A stretch of DNA of 64,000 nucleotides, taken from NCBI RefSeq assembly GCF_001194135.2, contig NC_068995.1, forward strand, positions 38,302,507 through 38,366,506, read 5' to 3'. This document shows, in pieces, positions 24,836-38,100 of the stretch (its first letter is position 1; each line of letters starts with the position of its first letter). Source of the stretch: Octopus bimaculoides. Lineage: Eukaryota. The position numbers were made by a program, and so were the translations under genes. The notes under the pieces are model-generated. The model saw nothing but the letters and a program-made list of their open reading frames with translations, searched no databases and was not told the origin of the DNA.

Positions 24836-26052
24836 GGACCATTCCTCTAATACTTTATATCTAATATTCTACAAGCTTTATCACTGAATAACTATAAGTT
24901 AGCAAAACAAACAACCACTACCCTTCCGGTCCGGTCCACCTTGGTCCCTATTCACGAAATCTTCCTTCTGCCTTCCGACAACAATGAATCCCCTATCCAA
25001 CTCCTATATTACGTTTAACTATATACAGTACATTCCCCCCGTAGATAGGTATATGTTTTATATTTTTATACGTTTAAACTATTTTTTTTTCTTATGCTGT
25101 CCTTTAGGATCCTCTTCCCTTTGTACTGTTATTTTAGTTATGGCACTTACATATTTATTTGTTTTTAAATCTATTTTGCTCTTTTACTTACCCATACTGG
25201 CAATGGTTTATATATTTATTTGATTTGTTTTTGTCTTATCGGTTAACCATCAGCGAACCGGAACCATGTCATGGTTTTCAAGAAAGTAGCTGACCAATTA
25301 GACTGTAGGATTGACCATGACCCCACCCCACGAAACAAAGCGATTCAGAGACTTGTCGATCAGCAAAAAACTAACTAACACTAACATCGCACTCTAGTCA
25401 CCACCTGGTTCCTTACGCTCATAAGTACACTTATATACCAGATTTTCCCATAACGGGCTCACATTCATTTGGCTCCAAAACTTAAAGTCCACCACTGTAT
25501 TTCTATGTAAACATAACGTGAATTTCTATATAAACATAATGCGAACTACTACCTAAATTCATCCTTCCAAAAAACTCTTCCCAAAAACGAATATACTCAC
25601 CTATCCAGCATTGGACGAAGTAACATGGATCCTGGAATACATCACGAGAAATTTGTAGCGTATTTCCTCTTCCTATACCTAATTCATTTTAATAAGTTAT
25701 ACCTCTGTCACAGTCTCATGTCTGCTCGGATTCTTTTTCTGCTATTTTTAATAATGACAAATACACTGTACCTATTGTTAACTGTTTATTATATGTATTG
25801 GCATAGAGGATTTCGATGACCGTTGGCTGAAACGGCCGTAAGGAACTGATATTTTGCTCTTTCCTGTAATATTAATACATGTATGTGTCACACATAGTTC
25901 CTACATTTGTATATTTTCTTCCAATACTTTCTTATGCTTTGGAATAAATAGACACACTGGAATCTCTACCGGATGATGTATGTTGTTTTATTTCCTCTCC
26001 ATTTTCTTATTTGTCGCAAAATAAAAATATACAAGGAGCAAAACAGTAAGTA

Positions 26053-26156
26053 CATACACTGAGTAATTACGCATACACTGAGTAATTACGCATACACTGA
26101 GTAATTACGCATACACTGAGTAATTACGCATACACTGAGTAATTACGCATACACTG
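26053..26156. repeat. 19-bp minisatellite, 5.5 perfect copies (CATACACTGAGTAATTACG)
   Basis: Units start at 26053, 26072, 26091, 26110 and 26129, with a partial unit at 26148. Confidence 0.97.
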
Positions 26157-26699
26157 GAAAGTCTACACAATCATATATACATTTTAATACGCAAGGGACT
26201 ATACAAACGTCCCAATGTTTACACAACTACGTAAAATTTACAGGACACGCATACACGCATATGAAAGCACGTGTCACAAACGAAGCAAAAACAAAAAAAA
26301 AACAGAACAAACAGAACAAAACAAAACTATTTTTTTAGCTTCTGAAGTATCACAGATAGAATGAAACATAAGATTTAAAGTAGCATAAAAAAAACTCTGC
26401 CCAGAGTTAAATATATTAACAAAAAATAATACATGCAGAGAAATCGGAGACGGTGGTTCTCACAAAATTAACCCGAAATAAACAGATCCGTCCACTAATG
26501 TCAACGTCCAAGCTTGTCATGCCTCAATGATAACAAAACAAAAAACACACCGGTTTGTTCGTAATCCGGAACACCAAGGACGACGTACTCGAATGATGAA
26601 CCAGATTCAATTCGAAAAATCAGCTACTGCTTAAAGTTTTCGCGTAACACAGAAGCTGGAAGTATCCCACAACCGGAATATTCCAAAAGATGGTCATCC

Positions 26700-28165
26700 A
26701 TGCTCGTCATCAAATAACCAAAAATAAAAAAGAAAGAATGAAAAAAGGTCTAGAGCAAATAATAAAGAAGTTCTTACGGCCTTCTATCATGAAATATATT
26801 TCCCCACAAATAAATATAATACACTATAGACCTACTTAAACTGGAGACAGAAATACCTTGAAGTAAGACCCTACATACACGGTAACAAATTTGCCAACGT
26901 CAGAGGAAATATTATGAAAAAGAAAGTACTAACTAAATTAGAGATTGACCAAATTTTAAAAATCAGTGAGTTATAAAAGGAACGAAGCTGCAGCTATAGA
27001 AGATACTACGGAGGAAATAATTATAGACCAGCCTAGGTCTGAGGAAAATGCAATAATGATTGAAAGAGTTAATGTAACTGATAGGCAAAGTGAAATACTC
27101 TATGAACCAACCACAAGCACTAAGACAGATGAAAATCAAATAGATGAAGAAAGTCACACAGCAATTGACCCAACAGAACTACATATTCTAAAACATCAAA
27201 TCATGTTTGAATGGCTGAAAATTAAAGAAACAAGTATGATTGAACGCCACACTCTCCCAAACATTCGCAATTCTAACTAAAAACCGAAAATAACTGGTAA
27301 AATCCACCTGGGACTTGGGGATATAATTTCAGGTATTGATGCTAATATTACAGATCTCAACCATCTGTACTATGCATCCGTGAAAATTTCAACGATTCTA
27401 TGAGGTTAAAACATTAGAAAATGACAACATTTCCACAAAAACCTTCTTGGCAAGGGCGTATCTGATACCAAATTAAGCTACTTAGGTCTGACCTAGAATG
27501 TTTAAAAAACCTTTAAGTTTTATATGACTATTCAAACCTACAAAAACACGAAATTTAATGAACAAAATATAATATGTAAACCATTTTTGACATTGATACC
27601 ACCATAGAAACCATCAAGCAAAAGGTATCTGCTAAAGCTGTCCGCATAGCAACGTATGAAAAGCGCTTCAGATTCTTCAAGGACAGCAAGATGTTCAAAA
27701 ATAACCCAAAACATTTCTACAGGAAGATAAGGAAAATACCTGTTACAGTAAAGTTTATCCCATCAAAAGAAGTGCTGGAATTTTGCAATAAAATTTGGGC
27801 AGAACAAAAAACACACAATGAAAATGCCCCTTGGATTGATAGAATATCTACAGGGTTAGACTCCTTGGGAGAGCAAAAGTGAGAGGGTTTCAGTGTAGAG
27901 ATGTAAGATCTTCTCTCAGGAGGTCAAGCAAATTGACGTCTCCAGGAAAGGATAAAATTCCTAACTTCTGGTTGAATGCCTTCCAGAGAGCCATGAACTG
28001 CTAATAAAACATTACAATAATGTTTTGCAACATCCTAGTATAATTCCATCTTGGCTAGTTGATGGTGTACCATTCCTAATTCCCAAAAATGAACGAACAA
28101 ATTCACCAAAAAATTATCGACACGACCTGCTTAACAACAATGTATTAAACGCTAACATCTCTCCT
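26700..28165 (+). mobile_element. R4/Dong-like retrotransposon, N-terminal/RT-proximal part (degraded)
   Basis: ITDLNHLYYA, IKQKVSAKAVRI..YEKR..FKNNPKHFYRKI, SPGKDKIPNFWLNAF and WLVDGVPFLIPK..KNYR..TCL across several frames; ends at a (TTA)n tract at ~28175-28230. Confidence 0.85.
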
Positions 28166-29202
28166 GACTAAATATTGTTATTGTTATTATTATTATTATT
28201 ATTATTACTACTACTATTATTATTATTATTCGACTAAAAAAATCGCAAAATAAAAAAAAACGGATAATAACCGAAAAGTATAACTTACGGAGCATTGTCC
28301 ACTTCCCCATTTTAACTACGGGGCTTTTATCGGGATTTGGGTGTCGAAATGGATTTTTGCCCGCGGGAGATAAAATCTCCCTCGGGCAGTGACAGATAAA
28401 CTGGAAAAACTAGTGTTCGGTAGCAGTCCATATATCACGCATCTTACGCCTTCGTTTTAAATTAATAATATATATACACTCACACGTATGTGTGTATGTA
28501 AGTATGTATGTGTGTGTAACTGTATTTGTGTATGCGTATGTGCATTAAGTAAATATATATGTAATATTGCCACATTATTCTTAATGTATAATATATTGTT
28601 ACCTTGATAATACATGGAAGTGCTTATTTTCCCATGAGATTGACGCGAGTAATTGCATGGAAATAATACAGTCACAGAGGCAAAGACAATGACGACGGTT
28701 ATCTTTGTTGACAATCAATTACTATAATGCAATTTAATGACAGCGATGACCACAAAAGAATATACGTTTAGCAATTTTACTTTGCAGTCAGGTTGATACA
28801 TGTTCGATACCCAAGATAGGGAACCGAGAAATTTTTGGCTACATAGTCATCAATATAGACGTATCTATCAGTCTACATTGTAATCAATTATAAGAGTAAT
28901 GTAAGTTAAGTTGTCTATGTAACTGAAAGGCTGAATGATAAAATTTTTTGGTGTAAAATATATCTGTACATAAAGTTTGGCCTTTAGAATGCTGAATATA
29001 GTCATTTAATCACAAGAGCCTCACAGTATTACGTCGGATGCACCCCTTGAATTCTGTGTAGGACTTTATCTTATATGATATGAGTTTATATAGGAAGTAA
29101 ATATGATGTCAATAATAATAGAGCCATAGTATAACTCTAATATGATGTTTACGTGTTCTCAAACAAGTGAATGTAATTTTGTCGACTTCCCACCTTACAT
29201 AC

Positions 29203-29239
<37 letters not shown>

Positions 29240-29869
29240 ATATATATCTATATANNNNNNNNNNNNNNNNNNNNNNNNNNNNNNNNNNNNNNNNNNNNNN
29301 NNNNNNNNNNNNNNNNNNTATATATATATATATATATGTAAAAGTTAATTTTGCATACATATTTAGGGGTAAAAGTTTGATGTAACCATGATGTCACGGT
29401 CAACTGATAAGCTACTTCTGTTCCTTTCCATTAATATATAATTGTATTGTATAAATGCTAAGACAACACATTAATACAAACGTACGGATAGGGTATTGTA
29501 TACAGAAATTAACATAACGTATAGAAGTTTGCGAAACGTTCGCAATCGTATGCAAGCCCATGATTAATTAAGTCCATATTCACCTCTAGTAATTTATGAT
29601 ACTATGTATATATACACACACACGAGCATACATACGTAGGTATGCATATACATACACATGTTCGTGCGCACATATGCAGGTATCTATACATATCTACATA
29701 TGCAGGTTGATGGTAATAAGATGCCAAATGAGTTCAGATTCTTATGAATGTAAAGGTGGATATTTTGCCTAAAATCCACCGTTAAGTACAACGTTGTAGT
29801 GCTTACTTAATGAAAGATTGGCTATAGGATCAAACTTGTATATGTTTTGATGAGCACAGGCGTAAACGT

Positions 29870-29995
29870 TGTAGAAACTTAGCTGTTTCAGCCCTTCTCA
29901 CTAGCAGAGCTGTCACATTAAGAAGCTTCACTGGATTGCTTCAAGAACCACTGCCAGTTTTACACTGTGGGGTGAGCATAGTTGGGAGCAGTATT

Positions 29996-30063
<68 letters not shown>

Positions 30064-30540
30064 CGCGCGTGTATGTGTGTGTGTGTATGTGTGTGTGTTT
30101 CTTATATTTCTATAAGATAATGAGGAGCTGACGTTGAGAGACATCCAAGTCTAGAATTATTTGATTCGACAATCAGAAGAGCTTACTCTCTGCATCCGAG
30201 TAACTATGAATGTTTGTTTTTGAGGATACTTCTACATGAAATAAAAATACCGCATTCCTCCTCCTTCCTAAGAACGCTTGATGGTCAAACTGTTCGTACA
30301 TATAGAAAAACCTGTTTCGCCTTAAATTTGTTAGGAGATCACAATCGGTGGGATAGCATGATTGCTGAGGCTTCAGTGTCACGCATTCGTATGTCTTGGA
30401 GAGATCTTACATCAATTCTTATGAATTACGAAGTAAGTAATCTGTTAGCGTTGTGGCTCAAATATAAGAATGATTTATCAGAAGACTACAAATATCCAAC
30501 ACAATTAACTTGGCATTGATTCATATTGAAGATCGCGTTG
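29870..30540 (+). mobile_element. Helitron Rep-helicase linker fragment, interrupted by (TG)n
   Basis: TIRRAYSLHPSNYECLFLRILLHEIK..LRTLDGQ..TYRKTC..LL.D..RWD..AEA matches the Helitron RepHel motif GRVYTVHP..ECFFLRLLL..V.GP.SF..LRTVDG..TYREAC (recalled, not searched). Confidence 0.8.
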
Positions 30541-30819
30541 TTGCAGCTCAAAACAATATATTACAGCAACGTTCGTCCTAAACCAGGACTGCCATGTTAT
30601 GTTAGCAAACAATCTTTACTACAAAGTACTGTTGCCGAATATCCCTCCTTGTGAGATTTAAAATTAGCAATTTTCGAATTTATATATCAGTGACTAGTTG
30701 TCACTTTGAAACAACATATTTCGAACAGGAATTTGGCAGCACCACCCCTACCCAAACAAATCCACAAGACGGACAAGGCTGGCATCGTGAATAACATCCC
30801 GGTGTTCTATAGAGGGCTG

Positions 30820-31400
30820 GTAGATGTAAAAACGATGACGTCCTAGGAGTGGCTCAGGAGTTCGATGAGAACCAACTTGTCAACCTGTTCAAAAAACTTT
30901 CTGGCCGGGGTACAAAGACTACTTCCCAACATCTCTAACCTGGCAGTTGTACAGGAATGCATTACCTGTTCGCGATAAATCATCCAGGCACGGTTTGTCA
31001 GTGTCACCGATGTGTCCAAGATGCGGGCTGGACGATGAAACCGTTCAGCACGCTTTTGTACAATGTCGGGAGCTTTTGAGCTTGATAATTGATGCTGAAC
31101 ACGTGTCGTCGCATCTGGGACGAGTACAGCTGTCGGCTGGATCTATAATAAAGGCGACACTGCCAACTGGACTCTCAAAGAAAGGTAAAGCTTGTTTTTA
31201 CAGCACAGTTGCAGTACTGAAAGAGTGTATTTGGAGGATTAAAATGGAAGATTTTGTGACAGGGTCTTTCTTCTCTGTCCCCGCTTTGCTATCTTACTTC
31301 AGATGCCATCTGAAGAGCAAGATTGGGTTGAAGAGGAAGGCTTGCCACCGAGTGGTTATAATTTGTAAATTTGTCATTTGTGACAAAGATTTTTAAAAGT
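30820..31400 (+). mobile_element. Tx1/L1-clade LINE ORF2 C-terminal Zn-finger fragment
   Basis: YRNALPVRDK..CPRCGLDDETVQHAFVQC..KECIWR. Confidence 0.8.
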
Positions 31401-34360
31401 ATTTTTGTGATGGAATTCAACATTGCATCCCGAAAGGATTTCCCTGCCAATGAGGAAACACAGGGAAAAAAACATGTTTTTCGGCCGCAGTAGGCGGTAA
31501 CGTGACTGTTTCAGCCTCCTGAAATGATACAAGCAATTAATGCTAGAATCTTGGTATATAAAATCTACAATCTGAAGGAAAAGCGAATTATGGAAGCCGA
31601 GAACGAAGTGGCGGAGAGGTGCATGGCAGCAATGTTGAATCAGGTATGCTACGCTAGCAGTGGAACGCGAAGGATGACTGTCGAAACGCAGTTCTAAACG
31701 GATAACGTAGCCAAGGACACTAAAGAACGAGGAGATAATGTTGCTACCTACGTACTTGGGACGCAGAACTGCAAACATTACGGCCGGAGAAATCCCAGCA
31801 GGATATGAAGTCATGTGGGTTACAACGGCTGTGATTTACGATGTAAAGGAGAAGGTGTCAATCTTGGAGATGAAAAAAGAAGGACGCAATAAACTGGAAA
31901 GGCCAGACACTAGAAATGGTAGTCCAAGCTGCGAATTAAACCCTAGAAAATTTACCCGATAGGGTATTGGTAGGGGAGGGGCTATCAATGCGAGTAGTCG
32001 CTGGGGAGGGGGCGTAGGTCCTGATACTTCAAATGTGAAAAAAAGGCTCACGTTTGCGCCAAGTGCACTCAAATGAAAAAAGAGAATAAGGCCCTTCCCC
32101 AAAAAGCTAGAAAGGAGGTGAAAGCGAAAATATATAAAATGGAAAACGCTTCAGAGAAGAAGGAAAAGAAAGTAGCTGAGGAGAAGTCACAACTAAAGAA
32201 ATGGATTTTACCACAGTTCCTCATAAACGAAAACTGACACATGTCTCTGACTCCCCTTCCCAATCCAAAAAAAATCAATAAACCATGCAACAGACACACA
32301 CAATGAAACTCCCCAACCCCACGGTAAAATCGTTTATCATCCCACCCTCCCAAAATAACACGCGAAAAAACAGTGGCCTTTAGAGAGAAAAATGACGTAT
32401 TGTCTAAAATAATTAGAGCACACCATAAGGAACGCATGTGCAACATATTGAAAGACAAACCGACAAGCATTAGATTTGCAATAATGGACGAAAACCTACT
32501 GAGAGACCAGAAAGTGCGTTACCTGGACGATATACGAGATGTTAGCACTGAAGTGGTGGAGAGAAAATTAATTGTAAGCTCGGCAGCCACACCAATGAAA
32601 AGCCCAACAGCTACACCAGAAAAAGAAAAGGATGGGGAGGCGGGCGAATTTGTGCAGCCCCTCCCCAAACTTAAATTGTCAGTAATTCCTTTCTTTAAAA
32701 TTTCATCATGTCAATTAAGCTAGGGTGCATAAATATGCGTGGGTTGGGGTCGAAATGGAAATAAGCTTGTTTCCTGAACGACCTCAGGTCACGAGATGTG
32801 GCCATTATAACTGAGTGGACCACAAGATGAGTGGACCACAAGCGTTCTCGTCTCTTCTGAATGAATGGCTATGAGAAATTTATTTCTCCTAGCCGACTAG
32901 GAGGAGGAGAGCGTGGTGGTCCTACTTAGGATGACCTTGGACTTACAGGTAAGTACTGTCTTTCTGAAACCAGAATGTAGGCTGTTCGTCCTAGATTTAA
33001 CTTACAAGAGCAAATAAACAGTCCTTCAGGTTGGTAGCTGTCTATGCTCTTAAGGATTGTAGGCAGTCTGGTTTTTATCCAGACCTAGAGCACTTTCTAA
33101 CGACATCGAAAATGGCAGTCCTGTTAGGAAACTTTAACACTATCCTCGATGCACGGGTGTCTGGAGTGATAGGAAGAGAAATCCTGGCCTCAAGGGTCTA
33201 CTAGACAGCTATAATCTAGTAGACCGTTACAGACTGGATGAGCCAAGCCTTCCACAGTGGACGTGGAGTAATAACGACGGCTCACGCAGATCTTACATAG
33301 ATACGGCATTCGTTGGAGATAGAAATAACGATACTTTTAGCTGTCCACAATTTTGCATTGTACCTTACACGGATCACAAATTTGTTACGTGTGAGATGCT
33401 TATAGATAAATGTCATAGACAGGGACCCGGGCACTGGAAGATGAACAAGTCTGTTTTGACTTGTGAAGCTTTCTGTACCCGGATTAAGGAATTAGTACAG
33501 AAGGTACTATGTGGCGCCATCATTAATAATAGATGGTGGCACGCTCTTAAGAGAGCCATTCGTTTAGAATGCATTAGATTTAGCAAGCAGCTAAATTTAG
33601 AAGGAACCGGAAAAAGATAGACGAAAGAAATGAGGAAGATGGAAGGCAAGATACGAGAAGAAAACAAAGGAAGAGTAAAAAGGAAAGCTTAAGCCCGTAC
33701 CAACCCCACCCATATCAAACCCACCCTTCGCCTGCAGACACCAAACACACCCATTCCCCTCCGACACAAAAAAGAAGAAAAGAACAACAGTCATACAAAA
33801 AAACCGCGAAACGACCTTCCCACTTGTTTAGCTTGCGCTTTATTGAAAAGTTAAGAAAAAAAAGGATGTGGTGGATAAGTTAGTACGATGGAAAGATGTA
33901 AAACTGACAGAGATGAAGGGAAAGAAACAAGAAAAATGGTTTTAAGTGCATTGGTGCCAGAACACAGAATGAAAATAATAGGAGACTGTAAAGAAAACGC
34001 GGAATACAGCCAAATGGTAGTCGACATAAATGAAGTACCGGACGGAATATTCTATGATAAGTTACTGGAGATATACGGTATTAACTTTAAATGGATGTGA
34101 GTTCGTTTCAGAAAAAGAACGATACAAAAAGGAAAAAAAGAAAGAAAAAGACTGTAAGAACTTTTGATTTAATTGTATAAAAAGGTTCCCGTTGAAATGG
34201 GTGGTTGAAATGAAAAGGGAGGTCAGGGTTTCGTCTCGGAACTGGGCTGAGATGGTGTCTCATATAATTGTATTATATTCATTTATTCATTTTTACTTGT
34301 TTTTCCCCGCATGTCTGTGTATGTCCCCTTTGTGTTTAGGCCTTGTGTCTGTAATAAAGA
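31400..34360 (+). mobile_element. Tx1/L1-clade LINE relic (ORF1-like pieces, APE endonuclease, 3' UTR)
   Basis: GCINMRGL, LLGNFNTILD, WTWSN..SYID, YTDHKFV and GPGHWKMNKSVL APE motifs at 32725-33620; putative 3' end CCTTGTGTCTGTAATAAAG at ~34340-34358. The ORF1 assignment is weak. Confidence 0.7.
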
Positions 34361-34384
34361 ATATACCTCTAGCCGAACAATTAT

Positions 34385-34429
34385 TCTGTGCTGATGAAGG
34401 GAAATAACCTGGAAATCGTGATACACAGA
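34385..34429 (+). ncRNA. Minimal type-I hammerhead ribozyme motif
   Basis: TCTGTG-CTGATGA-AGGGAAATAACCTG-GAAA-TC-GT-GA-TA/CACAGA: 6-bp stem I, conserved core, imperfect stem II, short self-complementary stem III, AUA cleavage triplet. Confidence 0.65.
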
Positions 34430-36021
34430 TATTATTTTGAACTGATTTGGGTTCGAGATTCCCTTGTTCGAAAATATAGAGACACGGATCGTGTACCTCT
34501 GAATGTCTCCTGGGGCTAAATTAAGGCAACATTCGTCCTAAAACAGAACTGCTATGTTGTCTAGGCAAACAATCTTTACTACAAAGTACTGTTGCTGAAT
34601 ATCTCTCGTTGTGAGGTTTAAAATCAGTTGGCTATATGACAGTTAACAAATATGTCTTATACAGCTTCAATACAATTTAAGTGAATAATTTTCAATATTT
34701 ATAGTACAATTTTTGCACCTGCNNNNNNNNNNNNNNNNNNNNNNNNNNNNNNNNNNNNNNNNNNNNNNNNNNNNNNNNNNNNNNNNNNNNNNNNNNNNNN
34801 NNNNNNNNNNNNNNNNNNNNNNNNNNNNNNNNNNNNNNNNNNNNNNNNNNNNNNNNNNNNNNNNNNNNNNNNNNNNNNNNNNNNNNNNNNNNNNNNNNNN
34901 NNNNNNNNNNNNNNNNNNNNNNNNNNNNNNNNNNNNNNNNNNNNNNNNNNNNNNNNNNNNNNNNNNNNNNNNNNNNNNNNNNNNNNNNNNNNNNNNNNNN
35001 NNNNNNNNNNNNNNNNNNNNNNNNNNNNNNNNNNNNNNNNNNNNNNNNNNNNNNNNNNNNNNNNNNNNNNNNNNNNNNNNNNNNNNNNNNNNNNNNNNNN
35101 NNNNNNNNNNNNNNNNNNNNNNNNNNNNNNNNNNNNNNNNNNNNNNNNNNGTTAAATACGCAAACAGAGATGAAAAATGGAAAACAGTACAAGTGAACAC
35201 AGCAAATGACCATTCATACTGTTGTCGGCTTTACTATCTACTCCTATTTTCGAGCATTCAAAAACGATATGTGTCTTCAAAAGCAGTTGCTCCCATAAGT
35301 TCCAAAATAAGATTTAGGATTTCTGGGGGAGGGGGGAGGGTCAAAGTGTAGAACAAAATAGTGGAGACATACAAGGAAATCTAGAGAAAACAAACATGCA
35401 GGTTCGTTAGATCAGAACAAAAGGAAACTGATGAATGCTGCGAGAAATGATAGAAGAAAGAAAGAGAAGTCCTGTCCTTTGAAGGTCCGTGCTGGAAAAG
35501 AAAGATTGTCACGTGAAGAAAACAAAGACGGACGATGGTCATGGGAGAGCATCGAGAGACAGAAAGAGAGAAAGAGGGGAGAGAGAGACACGTAGAAAAC
35601 AGTGAAAGGGAAGAAAGGGGGAATTGAGAAGAATTGCGGAAGAAAACAATACAGAGTAGAGTCGCATCATAACGGTTATATGTATGAACGAATTTGACAA
35701 ACTGAGTACATATAAGGACCTTGGCAGAGGGATGTCAGACATATCTACAAAACATCCCAAGAGAACCATATCTCCGAGAAATTCAGAAGATTTTTCTGAG
35801 GATAAATACCAACATACTTTGAAAAAATTGATATCAATTTAGATATATGTGCTGTATTTCATGGAGAGATGTCACTACATCCCCTGTCACTTGCCCTCCT
35901 CAAGCTTTCAGTCATACTGTAAAATCTCCTTTCCTTCACTTGCCGTATTGCGCTGGATGAGCCTGGGTAAGTGATTGTAAGTAACGTGCAAATTAAAAGT
36001 AAACAACAGCAATTAACAATA

Positions 36022-36336
36022 ATGACAGCGAAACGGGCTGATTACTACCTAGCTCAGATACCAGGAAACCCCAAAATGGCTGAAGTTCAAAAGATAGTGC
36101 TCATGGGAACTGCCCATATCCTACGTAAAATACTGTCTATGTGATCTCAAATTTTAAAGCAAACGCATAATTTTCTTATGGTTTCTTAAACATTCACTAG
36201 AACAAAACTGTACAAATCCAAATATATGGTACCCTAGGCATAACACCTACATGAACTTCTAACTTGTTGTCTCTTGAGGTCTCTGGGTGAGACTTGGATC
36301 CAACTTGTACAAATGCAAAACAAAAGTCAAACATAA

Positions 36337-36337
<1 letters not shown>
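36022..36337 (+). mobile_element. R4/Dong-like 3' end followed by (TAA)n 36338-36400
   Basis: Nearly identical to the reverse complement of ~18791-19105; both give the MRLGSNLYKCKTKVKHK-(I)n ORF artefact. Confidence 0.92.
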
Positions 36338-36400
<63 letters not shown>

Positions 36401-36854
36401 TATTTAGTAAGTGACGACGCACAAAATTCTCGTTACAATAGACACTCTGTTAATTCTGCTAAATATATATATATATGTGTGTGTGTGTTATAAATTAGAG
36501 CAAACACTAAGCGGTTTTCATTACAGTACTCAGGGTTTTGAATGACGGAGCGAAGAGCTACGATGCACTCTCGTCGGCTATTAATGACAACAGACGCTAA
36601 GAAAAACCGTGAAATATAAGGGAAGTAACTCTAAGGAATGGAGAAAGAAAAAAGATTTAAAAGTTCGATGGAAATATATAAAATTATACGCACAACCATA
36701 TTCTCACAAAAAATAACAGACACACAGCACCCGCGTTCAAAATGTCTACATATGCACACGCATACACAAACAAGTATGCGTATATGCACACACACAAACA
36801 TATAAGTATACACACATAGCCGCTGGCTATGTCCCAGTTGATTGTCCCTGTTTT

Positions 36855-38100
36855 GCTCTTATTTAATTTCTAACCGACTTCTTTTACCTCTCATATCATG
36901 AAATCATTTGAGAATGTAGCGGGTTCCTGAGTAACTCAATGTAAATTACCCTCTTATTCCTACCAGCATGTGCTGGTTGTCATATAGTGCTGTTTCAAAG
37001 GCATTATCTGAGTCACACAAATCCTGCATCTCTTTGATTACATTCTAGAGGTTATGGCAGAAGTTTCCAATATAAATTACTTGTATAGTAATTTTAGTAA
37101 GGCTTTGACAAGTTTGATCACAGAATCCTGTAAGAGAACCTGTCAGACATCAGGGTCTGGGGAACCTATGAATGTGAATTGAGTTCTTTTTTTACTTCTG
37201 AACCGATCCTAGCATGTGTTGGTCGATGTCTATCAATCAATCTCATCAAGAGTCATTAGCGGTGTCCCACAAAAGGCTGTTTTGTATCAACACCTCGTAT
37301 TTTTTTTAATTAATGACATCAGTGACATCATTAAACACTGATATATAAAAAATCCCCTGACGATTCCAAAACACTACGCTTACATTAGCGCTTACATGAC
37401 CATCGAGTGTAAGTGACATGCATTCAAACACCACCAGGAGCCTTGGAGTGGCTTTTGGTGACAACTTTAGCTAGAGGACACACAAAATGAGCAAATATAT
37501 AGGCCATAGTTCACCCTTCCGGAATTTTCAGGACTTTCCAATATAGAGCTGCTCTTGCAAGTATCCTTCTTTACCGGCTCTCATCGTCAATACTGTCGAC
37601 GGCTATGTTCATCCTTAATGAAATAAAATATAACAGGTTTTCATTACTAGGATCGGCTGGTGCGGCTCATGCTATATTCCCATCAATGACGCGAGAGCGT
37701 TATATCATTTGTATGATATGGAAATATTCCTTCAACAATATTAGATTCAAATTTATAATTCATTTCAGGATTGGCATGGTGTCATCTGTTCTCTACAAAA
37801 TATGTTCTCGCGTCATATCACGACACTAAGAACTAATTACTTTAACTGGTCCTATTGTAATTAACAGCGTAGTATGCCACATTAAGCAAGAAAAGGATCT
37901 CATAGGATTCAAACGGTTACTAAATGAATTCTGTTAACTAATTCCGGCGGGATATATCACTGAAAACAATCAATTTTTACTCCAATGCTCTATGGCATTT
38001 TGAGTAAGACTGTAAAATGAAACTTGATAAAATGTCTTCCCCGGCTCGTACCATTGCGTTAATCATGGAGTCGGCCAATTCTAGCTGAAACCTATCTAAC
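36855..38100 (+). mobile_element. CR1/L2-type LINE RT and 3' end (degraded)
   Basis: Degraded RT motifs (R)PTSFTSHIMKSFE, FSKAFDK.DH, SGVPQ..IND and RERYIIC.IWK. Confidence 0.8.

Noticed and set aside
25809-25846. Hammerhead-like remnant (TCGATGA..GAAACGGCCGT)
   Set aside because: Palindromic stem III is present, but core C3/U4 is altered and stems I and II do not pair convincingly.
26053-26156. CRISPR-like array
   Set aside because: Units are directly adjacent with no spacers, there are no cas genes, and the context is eukaryotic.
35424-35450. CTGATGA..GAAA spacing near 35425
   Set aside because: No stem I, II or III pairing; chance occurrence. The same applies to CTGATGA at ~5692, ~22786 and ~38995.
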